Assembly (NCBI GenBank): GCA_002269645.1
Contig: NIVC01003776.1
Location: forward strand, 13,391 to 77,390
Source: Macrostomum lignano
Lineage: Eukaryota
DNA: 64,000 bases
Direction: 5' to 3'
The position numbers and the translations under genes were made by a program. Within the stretch, counting starts at the first letter, position 1, and each line of letters opens with the position of its first letter. Under the pieces are notes generated by a model. The model was not told the origin of the DNA and made no database searches. It worked only from the letters and a program-made list of their open reading frames with translations. Below, piece after piece: positions 1 to 13,500 of this stretch.

Positions 1-848
1 CATGATCCAAACTAAATGGCTATGAACCTAAATCAAATAGTTTTGAAAGAATTTAAATTCGAAAAAAGTCAACATATCATGGAGAAAATACAATACAAAA
101 TATACAAACAGTTCTTCCTATTTTCTTTACCTGAAGAAAAGGTGAAAAGGAGGTCAACCAATAGGGTAGTGTAGGCATTCAAAACAAAGAAAAAAACAAA
201 ACAAACAAGTTAAACAAAGACACACAGTCAAAACAAAGAGTTGTCAGTAAGCGTTATAAATAATAATAAAGACAAAAAACAGGAACAGCAGTTACTGCGA
301 GTCGAGCGGTGGCAAAATATTGAATCAAATACTACGAGTACTGTACTGGTTGTGACGAGCAGTGTCTTCAGGACCATCTGCTCATATCTATAAGCAATGC
401 TTCAGGACCTTCTGCTCATAGCTATAAATGACGCTTAGGGATCAAGCAAATGGACACAGAATATGTTATGAAAAACAGGGGTTAGCAGTGTAGTGAATAG
501 TGCAGCTACAAAAATGGTGGGATAAAGAAATAGGGTATTAAATAGAAAAGCATAGCGCATAGTTTCATAAAAACCAATCAATAGAATCACGAAGTTAACA
601 AATTAATTTTTAAAAAGATGTAAGCAAACAGAAGCTAATGGAAAAGATAGTGCAGTTCTAATGAAACCAAACCAATGAAAAAATACAATTAACAAAGATA
701 TTGTCCCGCGACGGTAGCAAAGTACTTTGTGCAAAATTGGCTACTGCAAGTAATACAAAAAAATCTTGTAAATATTTCATTTCATTTCGGTAAAAATTTT
801 AAATAAAAAATAACACTGTACCAGAGCAAAAGAAAGAGAGCAATGAAA

Positions 849-1058
849 CACACATGCGCAACCCCTCTGATTTACACTGGCCGTGAGTCTCACTTATAAA
901 AGAAGCAAACAAAAATTAACGTACTTAATAAAGGTAAACGGCAGGAATAACTACTACTGTAATTTGTAGGCTAAATGCCTCGTCGTCTAATTAGTGGGCA
1001 TTTTTGCGACTTATCTTGGCTGGGCCCTCGCCAGCCGGCCGGGTGTTGCGCATGTATG
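849..1058. mobile_element. hAT-type MITE (210 bp), short member of the CATACATGCGCAAC-TIR family
   Basis: Left end CACACATGCGCAAC (849-862) and right end GTTGCGCATGTATG (1045-1058) are 13/14 inverted repeats. Flanks CAATGAAA / CGATGAAA form a 7/8 8-bp TSD. Internal sequence (ggtaaacggcagga...ggctaaatgcctcg) is shared with the element at 5437. Confidence 0.8.
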
Positions 1059-1139
1059 CGATGAAATGTCAATTGTAGTCCAGAATGTACTTTTCTAACG
1101 ACCTTTAGTTTTATTAATTAATAATTTATTGATTGACAA

Positions 1140-4100
1140 CTAAGTGAGACGCAACTCAAAACAGCCGAGATGCGGCTCTTCAAATTGGATACACTTTTGC
1201 TGGAGAAAATTTCTAACAACAGGCCTCAATACTGGACCGCTATTAGAGTGCTTCCCGTGTCCAGTAATCACTTTAATAGTCTTTAATCCGCTGCTTGAAC
1301 TACTATTCATAGTAGTCTTTAAAGCTTGTATAGCTTCGCTAGCGTTCATGCCGTGCAAATCCAACTGTTTCTCCCTGGACCCGAACAGTCGGATTCCGAG
1401 GTTATTGCCGCTGCTTCTAGTTGCCATGCCAACCAACTCAGCCCGTTCCTGTCGCTCCTGTTGAGCTAACGAGCCAGCCTGGCGCATATAATGGCCCTGA
1501 GCTCGTGGATCTTTAGCGTAGGCCGCCTTAGTTAAATAATCGCGTCTTTGAGCACGGTAATCAGCGCTAACTAGGTTCAAATGATCGAATAGGCCTCCTA
1601 ATTTAGTAGCTTCATCAGAAGACGTAGATGAGGAGGCTGCGGCTGCAATCGGTGATGGAGACTTCTTGAATACCGCGGAGCTAGCAGCAGCCGCGCCGTC
1701 AGGCTCTGTGGCCGGCTCAAGGCCGCACTCTAACAAAGTGGCAAAGGCGGCTTCATAGCTATTGCCACAGTCAGCTAGTAGAGAAGCGGCCGCGTCCTCA
1801 GATAGGCCTGGAAAAGCTCTAAACAGTCGGTCAAGATTAATCCGACTCGATAATGGATCGCTTGCTCTCCACCGGCTGTCTGATAGGGCTGGCGAAGAGT
1901 AAGACGATACGGGTTGGCGCTGCTGCTGCTGCTGCTGCGCAGACACGCCAATATGGTCAAGAAAGGCCAAATAAATCAGCGACAAAACTTCATCTGGCGG
2001 AGTCCAATCGGCTAAGAAATCTTCGCCAACTTCAGATAATAAATTGCCAACAGTTGCATTGTTTTTGGAGTTCAATTTTTTACCAAATCGTTCATGCAAA
2101 GCCATTAAGTTGGTCTTAGTAATAAATCCTGATAGTGCCTGCAAATGTTTTGTAGCGAAATATCCAGGTTTTTAAGCTGTCTCTAACAGCTGCTATTGAC
2201 TCTCATTAGTGACCTTACCTGATGATAAGGGACAATAGCCACAAGTGAGTCACAGGTGACACAAGACACAACAGGCACAAAGCGCATTCACCAGGTAACA
2301 CCAGACACAACAGTCACAAAGCACATTCATCGGGTGACTCCAGACACAACAGTCACAAAGCACCTTCACCAGGTGTTTCAAGACACAACACGTGACAACA
2401 GTCAAAGCGCATTCACCAGGTGACACCAGAGCTCAGACTAAACAGTCACAAAGCACATTCACAAACTTGGATACTTTTTGTTATTGCCGATCAGGTAGAA
2501 AATTGTTAGAGTTTTAATTAAAGCTTTTACCTGATCATCGCTATACATATCTTTAACCACCTCGGCAGCGACTGGACTTTTAGAAGCCCAATTAGCTACA
2601 TACTTAGGACTTTCTTCGAGTCCTACAGAGAATTCCACACCAGATTGTTGCTGTTCCACAATTTCAGACACCAACAATGACGGAGAGCATTCATTAGAGA
2701 CTAAAAGCGGAGCCATGCCAGCACCATCATCTTCAACTGGTAGCTTAGCATCGCCTTTATAAGCCTCAGATAATTGATTCAACTGTTCGATAGTGGCCGT
2801 CAAATCGTTCTCATTAGCTCGATACATTTCAATCAGCACTTCGGCATCAAAGTCGGGAAATATGCTAGCTAGATAAGCGGAATTGTCGTCCTCTTCTATG
2901 GCTGCGACGCGATCCGCGACTAAACAGACCTGAGCGTCGGCAACGACCTCATTCGAGCACAATGATGAAGCAGCTAGATCAGCATCAACACCAACACTAT
3001 TGCTTGGAGTCTGTTGAGGCCGAGTCTCGAACAGACTGCGCCATTCGTTGACGTGAGCAACGCTTCGAAGGCAATCGTTAAATGATTGAACCATTTCAGG
3101 CTGACGATATTGATCCATTGGCTGGTGTCTTGCCTGCAGTGTTATTTTTTAATAGAAAATATCAGTAAATAACAAGAGCAAACTTTTTTGATCTTCATGT
3201 TCAAATACCATCATTATATGCATGATCATGTCTTTGGTCATATGCATGATCATGTCTTTGATCATATGCATGATCATGTCCTTGATCATATGCATGATCA
3301 TGTCTTTGATCATATGCATGATCATGTCCTTGATCATATGCATGATCATGTCTTTGATCATATGCATGATCATGTCCTTGATCATATGCATGATCATGTC
3401 TTTGATCATATGCATGATCATGTCCTTGATCATATGCATGATCATGTCCTTGATCATATGCATGATCATGTCTTTGATCATATGCATGATCATGTCCTTG
3501 ATCATATGCATGATCATGTCTTTGATCATATGCATGATCATGTCCTTGATCATATGCATGATCATGTCTTTGATCATATGCATGATCATGTCTTTGATCA
3601 TATGCATGATTATGTCTTTGATCATATGCATGATCATGTCTTTGATCATATGCATGATTATGTCTTTGATCGTATGCATGATCATGTCTTTGATCATATG
3701 CATGATCATGTCTTTGATCATATGCATGATTATGTCTTTGATCATATGCATGATCATGTCTTTGATCATATGCATGATCATGTCCTTGATCATATGCGTG
3801 CAATTAATATTCCTCTCCAACAAGGGGGAACCCCAACTTTCTTATTTGCTAAAATTTGCCCGAATCATTAACATTGCCAAACGTATTAACTTTCTGATAA
3901 ACAGGGCTAATAAAACTAATAGATATAAATAGCATAGCTTGAAATAAACCCTCTACCACACACAAACACATGGTGACCCACCTGAGATCTAGTATGAACG
4001 CTGTTAACCTTTGGCAATTGTAAAACTTTCAGGCAATACACCGTATTACCATGGCGCGAATCGTTAACCAGCGCGTTGGCCAATTTAGCTCCGACATTGC

Positions 4101-5253
4101 AGACTTCGTTGGGCAGCTGCTCAACGCCATCTTCGTCATCAACTAAACGCAATTGTTCAAAAATTTTGCGCATTTCTTGCAGTTTCTTTTTAGGCACAGA
4201 GTGCACATTGCGTTGGGCTAATTGGACAACATCGAATTTCCAATACGTATTCGGTTCAGTTACTATGCTTAGATAATTATGAGTAGCGGCCAGAGGTAAA
4301 TATGATACAAACTCGCTCGTTTTAACATTTGTATTGTCGATAATGACAATGGGCTTGCGATCCAACATGCAACTGCTTACTAAAATTGGTAGTAGGTGCA
4401 CAATAACTTCATGTAATTGGCTGGCTTTTATAGTAAAAAACAGGTTGAAATACCTCGAAACTACTACTGGTCATCTGATGATTCGGTTAGATACTCATTG
4501 CTCATTGAACTGGATACTACTGCAATACCTTGTACCGAAATGTCACGGTACAAGTCGCTAAAAAGTTGTCAAAGAGTCATCTAAGAGTTCAATTTAAGGT
4601 GTTTTGTTGTCTGCGACTCCACTCTATTTAGTCTACTTAAGTCAGTAGAAAGTTGAGCACTAGCAGAACAATTCTTGGACGACTTTTTGGCGGCCCTAGA
4701 GTCGCTAGAGTCAATGGCGAGTTGTTTGCAATGACTCTTTAGCGATTCTGGTCACGTTAACATTTTGAATGGGATGCTTATTGAACTGGATACTACTTAT
4801 TGCTTAATACAAGTGAGCATATGCTCACATCAATCTATACTTAAAAATAGATAAATTAGAAACTTTTGAAAAATAAGTTGCTTACCTTTATTTCTACATT
4901 GAACATGAGCATTTGAGATTAATGTTGGTTTGTAGTCATACTCTCCTGTTGGACTATAGAAATAATCATCTGCACTACATATGCAACATGCATTGTTGCC
5001 AAATTCAGCCAAAATAGATCTAAAATTAAATTATTATACAATTATATTAATCAAATAGAAATCAATGTCAGTGTGTTAACTAATGCAAAAAAATATAAAT
5101 CTATTTTAAACTTTCTTACTTTGCAAGTGTTGATTTTCCACTACCAGGCAAGCCTCTCAAGATAATAAGTAGGTTGTAATTCTGTCCAAGATACAATTCA
5201 ATGATAGGTAATATTGGATGTCTGAATTTTTCTTGCTGCCCTTTTGATTCCAT
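1140..5253 (-). CDS. N4BP2: NEDD4-binding protein 2 / NONU-1-like Smr endonuclease (P-loop kinase, 2 CUE, DUF1771, Smr), ~755 aa
   Basis: Phase-consistent GT-AG exons 5253-5120, 5019-4886, 4379-3982, 3133-2531, 2138-1140 (2268 nt). Motifs: Walker A LIILRGLPGSGKSTLA; SADDYF; IIDNTN...EPNTYWKFDVVQLAQRNVHSVP; CUE-like LASIFPDFDAEVL and LFRAFPGLSED; Smr LDLHGMNASEA...VITGHGKHS. Additional 5' exons cannot be excluded. Confidence 0.88.
2240..2460. repeat. Degenerate ~38-bp intronic tandem repeat (caccaggtgacaccagacacaacagtcacaaagcacatt)
   Basis: About 5 imperfect copies in intron 4 of the N4BP2-like gene. Confidence 0.7.
3215..3797. repeat. 24-bp palindrome-rich minisatellite (gatcatatgcatgatcatgtcttt), ~24 copies
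   Basis: Direct reading; lies in intron 3 of the N4BP2-like gene and explains the HMHDHVFD/MIKDMIMH repeat ORFs. Confidence 0.95.
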
Positions 5254-5436
5254 TGTGGCTATAGCTAGACAGGAAAGGGTTTGATATTATGATTGTCTTG
5301 TCAATAGTTTAAAAAGTTATAAACTTTACTCATCTGGAATTAAATGGCAAGTATATTGTATAAAAAGCCAAAAATTCATGTTAAAGTATAAACAAGAAAT
5401 GTATAAAAGAATAATTTCACTTCTAAACATGTATAA

Positions 5437-7509
5437 CATACATGCGCAACTTCTGAAATTACGCTGGCCTTGCGACTTAGTTTTCGATCAAAAATGCGAC
5501 TTACCTATGTAAAAAAGCTAAACAAAGAATTGTGGGTAAACGGCAGGAGTAACTATGACCATATTTTAAAGGCTAAATGCCTCGCCAGCTAATTAGTGCA
5601 GATTTCGTGGTTCTTACTACAGCTAATCAGTATATCATAGTGGCGGCCTGAGGCAATTAGTAATGATGACAATGAGTAAAGACATGTAATGACAAAAGTC
5701 ATGATTCATGAATGTCTAGAAGTAAGTGAATTGAATACAGTGTGGCCTATAGCTCAAGAATAATTTCACTTGCTAGACGATTTGGCATGGAAGATGAGAG
5801 CCCTGATTCAGATGGCTCATCAGATGCAGAATACAAATCCAGTAGAGATACAAGCTGTGAAAACCCACAGATTTTGAAACCACTGAATTCCAATTTCCGG
5901 AACTATTTTGCATAGATTCTTAAATTTGAAGTCATGCTCAAACAAAAACTAGTTAACAGTTAGGAAAAAGGCAAACAAGGATGGGAGTAAATGCATGTTA
6001 AATTAAGATTTGAGGCCTTTGCAAATTCTCTCCTTTCCTCAATCTTCTCATCCTCTTTTTCTTTTCTCTCTCATCCCTCATCCCTTCTCTCTTTCCTCTC
6101 CTCTCTCCTCTCTTTCCTCCTCTCTTATCTCTTCTGTCTCCTGTCTACATTCTTATCTCTCCTCTCGTCTCTCTCCACTTCACTCTACTCTCTCATCTTA
6201 TCTCTCCTCTCGTCTCTCTCCACTCAACTCTCTCATCTCATCTCTCCTCTCTTCTCTACTCTCTTATCTCTCCTCTCTTCACTCTCCTCTTATCTCCTCC
6301 TTATCCTCTCTTCTCTCGTCTACTCTCTTATCTCCTTTCTTCTCTCCTCTTTCCTCTTTCCTCTCTTTTCTGATCTCATCCATCATCATATCTTTCCTCT
6401 TTCCTCTCATCTCTCTCATCTCTCTCCTCCCTCAGCTTTTCTCTCATCTTCTATCTTTTCTCCCATTGCATCGCTCGCCTCTCCTCTGTTTGCTTATCTC
6501 CAATCTTCTATTCCCTCTACTTTGAAGTAAGAAAATATGCACACATTTTTGCTGAAGATAAGAGGAGAGAAGAGGGCATTGAGGAGAAAGGGTAGAGAGA
6601 AAAGGGGAGAAAGGAGAGGGGAGAAGAGAGGAGAGTAAAAATGAAAGGAGAGAGAAGAGGGAAAAGGGGGAGAGAGAGAAGAGGGGAGGCAAGGTAGAGA
6701 AGAAGAGAGAGATGAGAGTTGAAGAGACACCAACCTTGTTAGTTAGAAAGTTTCAAAGAACCCGAGGGGCGAGGGCCAGATAGAGGGGCTTCGCGAGCTG
6801 GACTTTGCCGACCCCTGCTCCGGAGTTAAAGAAATCAATGGGAAACTGTTACATAGGCTGCTGATTTCAAAGATCTTGTCTGTGGTTGAAGGCTTCTATT
6901 CTGTTTTTTTGCTCTCCTGCCACACTTGCACCTACTACCCCTTGATCGCCTCTGATTGCGACTTACTTCCCTCTTATTGCGACTTAGTTGCTCCTTTTGC
7001 GACTTACCTAATCCTTTTTGCAACTTAGTTGCTCCTTTTGCGACTTACCTAATCCTTTTGCGACTTACCTAATCCTTTTGCGACTTGACCTAATCCTTTT
7101 TGCGACTTAGTTGCTCCTTTTGCGACTTACCTAATCCTTTTGCGACTTGACCTAATCCTTTTTGCGACTTAGTTGCTCCTTTTGCGACTTACCTAATCCT
7201 TTTGCGACTTACCTAATCCTTTTTGCGACTTACCTAATCCTTTTTGCGACTTACCTAATCCTTTTGCGACTTGACCGAATCCTTTTTGCAACTTAGTTGC
7301 TCCTTTTGCGACTTACCTAATCATTTGTGCAATTTAATTTGCTTCTGCTGCAACTTGTTTTTCTTTTGCTTCACCATTTTACTTCCCTATATTGCTTTTT
7401 CCTCTTGCATTTTTTCGTTTTTGGTCAACTCGATTTTGCGACTTACCCTGGTCCACCACAATTCACGGTGGCCGGATCGGCCAGCTCGGCCAGCAGTTGC
7501 GCATGTATG
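5437..7509. mobile_element. Non-autonomous hAT-type DNA transposon (~2.07 kb)
   Basis: Perfect 14-bp TIRs CATACATGCGCAAC (5437-5450) / GTTGCGCATGTATG (7496-7509) and perfect 8-bp TSD ATGTATAA (5429-5436, 7510-7517). Subterminal GCGACTTACC motif is amplified at ~6955-7330. No transposase ORF is visible. Confidence 0.9.
6020..6817 (-). mobile_element. Nested fragment of a second hAT-like family (end CAGGGGTCGGCAAA) with CT/GA-rich tracts
   Basis: The reverse complement of 6750-6817 (caggggtcggcaaagtcc...ctctatctggccctcg...gaaacttt) matches 56080-56145, and both ends are followed by a CT-rich tract. The partner TIR was not found. Confidence 0.55.
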
Positions 7510-7807
7510 ATGTATAATATATAAGCTTGAACTATATTGCAAATTTTTATTAAAGAGATACTTAAGATTTAGCTTTATAACTTAACTTTTATATTAAAAT
7601 AATATCTATATAATATTATAATGGCTTTATATGCCAAGTAAATAATTATGTATACTTGCTTCCAAAACTAGATTCTGTTAAACAATTAAGTATACATAGA
7701 GCATATTTTATATACTGCTAATAAATACGATACTAAGAGGAAATCAAAGTGAAATAAAGTAAACCTCATATATAATGATATTAATATTAAAATGCATTAG
7801 ATATTAG

Positions 7808-8203
7808 TAGAGGTCAGACCAGATTAAAATCTTTAGGCGGGATCAGGAAAAATTTTTTCTTAGGATCAGGATCGGGATTCGGGAATTGGGATCAGGTCTT
7901 TTAGTGTATTGTAGCTTGTAGGTCTATATAAAGTTAAACAAAATTGAGCTAAAAATGTCAAGATCAAAAAAGTAGAATACAAAAAAATTGATGCAAAGTT
8001 TTGTAACCAATAAATTAATAATGTAATGAGTACAAGGTAAAACAAAATACATTCAAGTAATCACTAATTCTATAAATTTTAATCAAAAGACCTGTTCCTA
8101 TTTATCATGTTTTTTAGGGTTGGGATTCTAGTCCCGCAGGAATCCAATTTTCTTCAGGATCCCGAGATTTCGGGATCGGGATTGGGATCCCATCTAACCT
8201 CTA
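7808..8203. mobile_element. hAT-type MITE (396 bp), TAGAGGT-ended family
   Basis: Ends TAGAGGTCAGA / TCTAACCTCTA (10/11 inverted), perfect 8-bp TSD GATATTAG (7800-7807, 8204-8211), and GGGATC/GATCCC subterminal repeats at both ends. Confidence 0.85.
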
Positions 8204-10559
8204 GATATTAGACAATATATAATGTAATAGAAAGGCTATGACCTTTTAATTGCAATAATACAATATACCAGTATAACAATATATTTGCAAAATCATTATA
8301 ATTTTAGCAATTTTATCATTATAATTTTAGGTAGCAAAATATGTAAGTGCTTATACACACATACAAATGGAGGTCCAAAGTTGAATGTTAAAAAAGCATT
8401 CTATTAACACTCATATCAACTATTAGCATGCTACATTCAATTTGTTTTGTATGTATATGTGTATATATGTGAATGCTTGCATGCAAAAAAATTTGTAAAT
8501 ATAATGCTATACTTATGGCAACATTGTGTTAAAGTTTTGTCAACATTGGTTTCAAATGACAAAAGTAAATCAGGCGCATTACGTGGGCCACCCTAGATTA
8601 TAGTGTAGTAATAGTGTTATAGGGAGAAGGAGTAAGGATGATATATACCTAGCATAGTTAGTAACATATTAAAGTTCATATCCCAAAACCAGTGGTCAAC
8701 TTTCCTCAGATCTCAGCTCTAAGTGACATAATTCACAATCACACCATGTTTACAGGAAGCAGGCTTATATAGGCTGATTTCACAATCAAGCTAATATGAA
8801 AAAATAAACTAATATTAATGTATTGTCAATGATAATATTAAGAATTAATTATTTCATTCATTCATTATTCAACTAATAAATAATTAATCATTTGACTAAT
8901 AGCTTTGGGATGGAAACATTAACATGTTGCTGAGTATAGTATTTATATATATCATTATAATATATAGCCATAGCCTAGACCCTACTATAGCCAATGCTAG
9001 AATGCTAGAAAATTAGAATTATAGACACATTTATAGGCCTACACATTTTCTTATGTTTAAATAAAGAGTGCCTTGACATTAAACACTTGGCTTGATTGCT
9101 TGTCTTATTTTCTAGATTTTATTTAAAAGCAGTGCAAATAAAGAAAATGAGATTAAAATGAAAATAGGTAATAAGACTATAGTATAGCTATAGGCCTATC
9201 TAAACCACACTTCCATATCCACTTTTTAAATTTCAATCAGGTGCAAATTTAAATTTTAGAATGTATAGGACCCCTATGCCATGGCAATGCTGAGTAAGTG
9301 AGTGCTGATGATGTGATACACATTGCACAAAAAACAGGTGGTGGCTGGAGGGGAATGATGGGATAGGCCTAGCCTAGGCTAGGGATAGCAGATGCAAATG
9401 GGGTGATATTCTAATGATAAAATACCTAGACAACAAATTTGGTGACAACAAAATGACAGAACCACTAATGGCGACTGAATTTTGCCTTTGAGACTGATGT
9501 CGATGTGATCCTGATGATGAGCTAGAGCTAGGCCTTGGCTAACTTGGCAGGTGGATTTCTAGCAAAAAAGATTAAAAACCATATTAATGAGTGAAATAAA
9601 TATGTTGCATGTTGGTCTGTACCACTCTGCCTTTTACTCTTTTAATTAGCATTAAGTATCCTTGGTGTAGACTATAGTTGAAGTTAGTAAGCTGTAAATA
9701 ATACAAAATAGTACTGTACGCAGTGTACTCAGTGTACTTGGCGTGTCGCGGAATAGATGACGGCGCGAATCCATGATGTTGAACCCACTACCCACCCACG
9801 CGCTGATAAAACTCCGATACTTTCACAAAATAACAAAGCAGAACTTTTTTTTCAACGAGAAGGTATTACATTTTTTTATAGTATTTAGGGTTTTTACCTT
9901 TATATTGATTTCTGTTTTGGTGCTTTAGCATAGGCTAAATATACGTGTCTTGAAAAAGTTTAACTTCATGATTTTCGTAGAATCAAAGATTTAGCTATTA
10001 TTTTTTTCATGGGTGATTATTCATTTAACTAGTATTTAAAAGTTAAGTAAACGAACAATTTCATTTTTTATAAATTTAAAATTTATGTTTTAAAATCAAA
10101 ATTTTCTTTTTGTTAATTTCTAAGTATATAGGCCATAGACCTACCGAAGTTTATGCCATTATTATTGAAAATTATTATTGTTTTCGTGAGCTAAAGCGAT
10201 CAGCATAAAGCATGAAACTTCTGACTGGGTGGCTAAAATTAGAAATTAAAAAAATAAATTTAAAATTTTAACTGTAATATCAAATATAAAAAATATTGTG
10301 ACTGAAAGTACTGCAATTATGTACATTGTAGTAATTTATACTCATGAAGTATACATGTAATTAGCTACAATATATTTACTATGCCATTACACTTTTACTT
10401 ACCATAATTTTAGTAAGTTTTTGACATATTGAGCTATTAATAACATCTACTAAACATAAAAATTAAATTTAAGTTGGCAATTTTAAGATAGTATTGAAAT
10501 CTATACTTTGATATCTGAATTTTGATTTCCGCTTTATAATTGACTCATCACTTACCAGA

Positions 10560-13500
10560 ATGTGCTCCATAGAACCATGCTCCTTATTGCAACAGTCAAA
10601 TTATGATTGCATCATAATAGTTGGCGACAATCCATTGCATCTTGGCCAGAATTTGTCAGCATTTTCCAAAACAATTCAACAATATTGCGCTGTAAGTAGA
10701 ACCAGTTACATTACTCTTTTCATTACTAAAAATCGTGTTATATATGAAACACCCTGTTGTAGAAAAATTGTTCAATTATGTCGCCAAAATCGACAACCTT
10801 TGTGCCCTGCAGCGAGTCGGTCGCTCCAGCAGGCCGGCTGGTGTTCGCCCACACTGGGCCTTTGAATCGAGACTTTGATGACAGTCGCAGTCTCTATGAT
10901 GCAGCCCAGCGCGGCATTGAACTGGCCATATCGGCTGGGTCGCGCTCACCCCTCCTGTGCCGAGCTTGGCTTGGCAGCCTGCCTAGCGATCAATGGTCGA
11001 TGGATTTAAATAACTTGGATCGCTGCATTGCACTTGGCGCTTTGCAGGCTGTATATTGCCCGTTGGAGGTGCGGGAAGCTACATGTAAGCTTTGAGTTAA
11101 CGGTTGGAATTTTCTACATGTATTTCCAGGTAAATTACAACAGAACTACATTAAGTCGCGACTTTCTTGGTTCTTGGTTCATCTGCACCTGTTTCTGTCT
11201 ATTCTGTTGTCTTGTTATTTTATCTCTCTTCCTGGCCGCCTTCTTGAAATATTTGATTAGTGTTGAGGTGTCCTTGTCTTCTGGACTCTCATCTCACTGT
11301 CACTACTGTAAGGCGGTATAATAACTTCGATTATCAGTGTGAGAGCCAAATAACTGAGACGGCGGATTCGACAAACTTGTACTTATTTTTTACTATATTG
11401 TTAGTATATAGGATTGTCGGGCGAACTGATAGGTTCGATCTCTGTTGTAAGGAGGGGATCGGTTGTCCCTAAAGATACATTACTATTTCTCATTGGCTGA
11501 GGTTGGCGTCGTGTCCTCTGCTTTTGCTTGAATTGGAACGCATTGATTGGCTGGAAATGCATTCAAACTGTATGGGAACTTTCTGGGCCAAAATGTATTG
11601 CTTCATGTCGATAGGCTCTTCAATAATGGCGCCTCTTTACTAAGACGCGCATTCCAAATTTCCAACCCCTCTTTTACACTTGCACTCAATCCCCTTCCGT
11701 TAGTTAACATCTTATAAATATATCCATTTAGGCTCTGCGCCCTACTTACTGTTTGTTTTTGTTTTCCAACAATGATTAAATTGTTTACTTGCTTCTCTAC
11801 ATCATATTCTACGATTCGTGGCTTTCATAATTATTAAAAGGCTAATAAATATTCCATGAGCTCACAGTTGCATATGGCTTGCTTGTTAATGTTAACTTGT
11901 TACAGTGTTCTGTCTATCTCATTTTCAATCAGTGCCTTGGTGATTGGGTGTGAACCGCACACTCTGTGACTTGATAGTTGGGTGTGAACCGCACACTGTG
12001 TCTTGGTGGTTGGGTGTGAACCGCACACTCTGTGCCTTGGTGATTGGGTGTGAACCGCACACTGTGTCTTGGTGGTTGGGTGTGAACCGCACACTCTGTG
12101 CCTTGGTGATTGGGTGTGAACCGCACACTCACTGCATTGGTGATTGGGTGTGAACCGCACACTCAGTGTCTTGGTGATTGTGAACCGCACACTCAGTGAC
12201 TCAGTGCCTTGGTGATTGTGAACCGCACACTCTGTGCCTTGGTGATTGGGTATGAACCGCACACTCAGATCATTGGTGATTGGGTGTGAACCGCACACTC
12301 TGTGCCTTGTTGGTTGGGTGTGAACCGCACACTCAGAGCATTGGTGATTGGGTGTGAACCGCACACTCACTGCATTGGTGATTGGGTGTGAACCGCACAC
12401 TCAGTGCATTGGTGATTGGGTGTGAACCGCACACTCTGTGCCTTGTTGGTTGGGTGTGAACCGCACACTCAGTGCCTTGTTGGTTGGGTGTGAACCGCAC
12501 ACTTACTGCATTGGTGATTGGGTGTGAACCGCACACTCAGTGCATTGGTGATTGGGTGTGAACCGCACACTCACTGCATTGGTGATTGGGTGTGAACCGC
12601 ACACTCACTGCATTGGTGATTGGGTGTGAACCGCACACTCACTGCATTGGTGATTGGGTATGAACCGCACACTCAGTGCCTTAGTGATTGGGTATGAACC
12701 GCACACTCTGTGCCTTGTTGGTTGGGTGTGAACCGCACACTCAGTGCCTTGTTGGTTGGGTGTGAACCGCACACTCAGTGCCTTGTTGGTTGGGTGTGAA
12801 CCGCACACTTACTGCATTGGTGATTGGGTGTGAACCGCACACTCAGTGCATTGGTGATTGGGTGTGAACCGCACACTCACTGCATTGGTGATTGGGTGTG
12901 AACCGCACACTCACTGCATTGGTGATTGGGTGTGAACCGCACACTCACTGCATTGGTGATTGGGTGTGAACCGCACACTCAGTGCCTTGTGATTGGGTAT
13001 GAACCGCACACTCTGTGCCTTGTGGTTGGGTGTGAACCGCACACTCACTGCCTTGTGGTTGGGTGTGAACCGCACACTCAGTGCATTGTTGGTTGGGTGT
13101 GAACCGCACACTACTGCATTGTGATTGGGTGTGAACCGCACACTCAGTGCATTGGTGATTGGGTGTGAACCGCACACTCACTGCATTGGTGATTGGTGTG
13201 AACCGCACACTCAGTGCATTGGTGATTGGGTGTGAACCGCACACTCACTGCATTGGTGATTGGGTGTGAACCGCACACTCTGCATTGGTGATTGGGTGTG
13301 AACCGCACACTCACTGCATTGGTGATTGGGTGTGAACCGCACACTCACTGCATTGGTGATTGGGTGTGAACCGCACACTCTGTGCCTTGGTGGTTGGGTG
13401 TGAACCGCACACTCTGTGCCTTGGTGGTTGGGTGTGAACCGCACACTCACTGCATTGGTGATTGGGTGTGAACCGCACACTCACTGCATTGGTGATTGGG

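Noticed and set aside
3149-3932. Four overlapping 200-236-aa His/Met-rich ORFs
   Set aside because: All are translations of a stop-poor 24-bp satellite inside an intron whose flanking exons join in phase.
5991-6733. Leu/Ser-rich multi-TM-looking ORFs (also 56167-56685)
   Set aside because: CT-rich low-complexity tracts within transposon-derived sequence.
11443-11709. Possible solo LTR (TG...CA, loosely inverted ends) in LAP intron 2
   Set aside because: The TSD is imperfect (tctc/tctt), there is no second copy, PBS or pol remnant in the window, and it cannot be supported without a repeat library.
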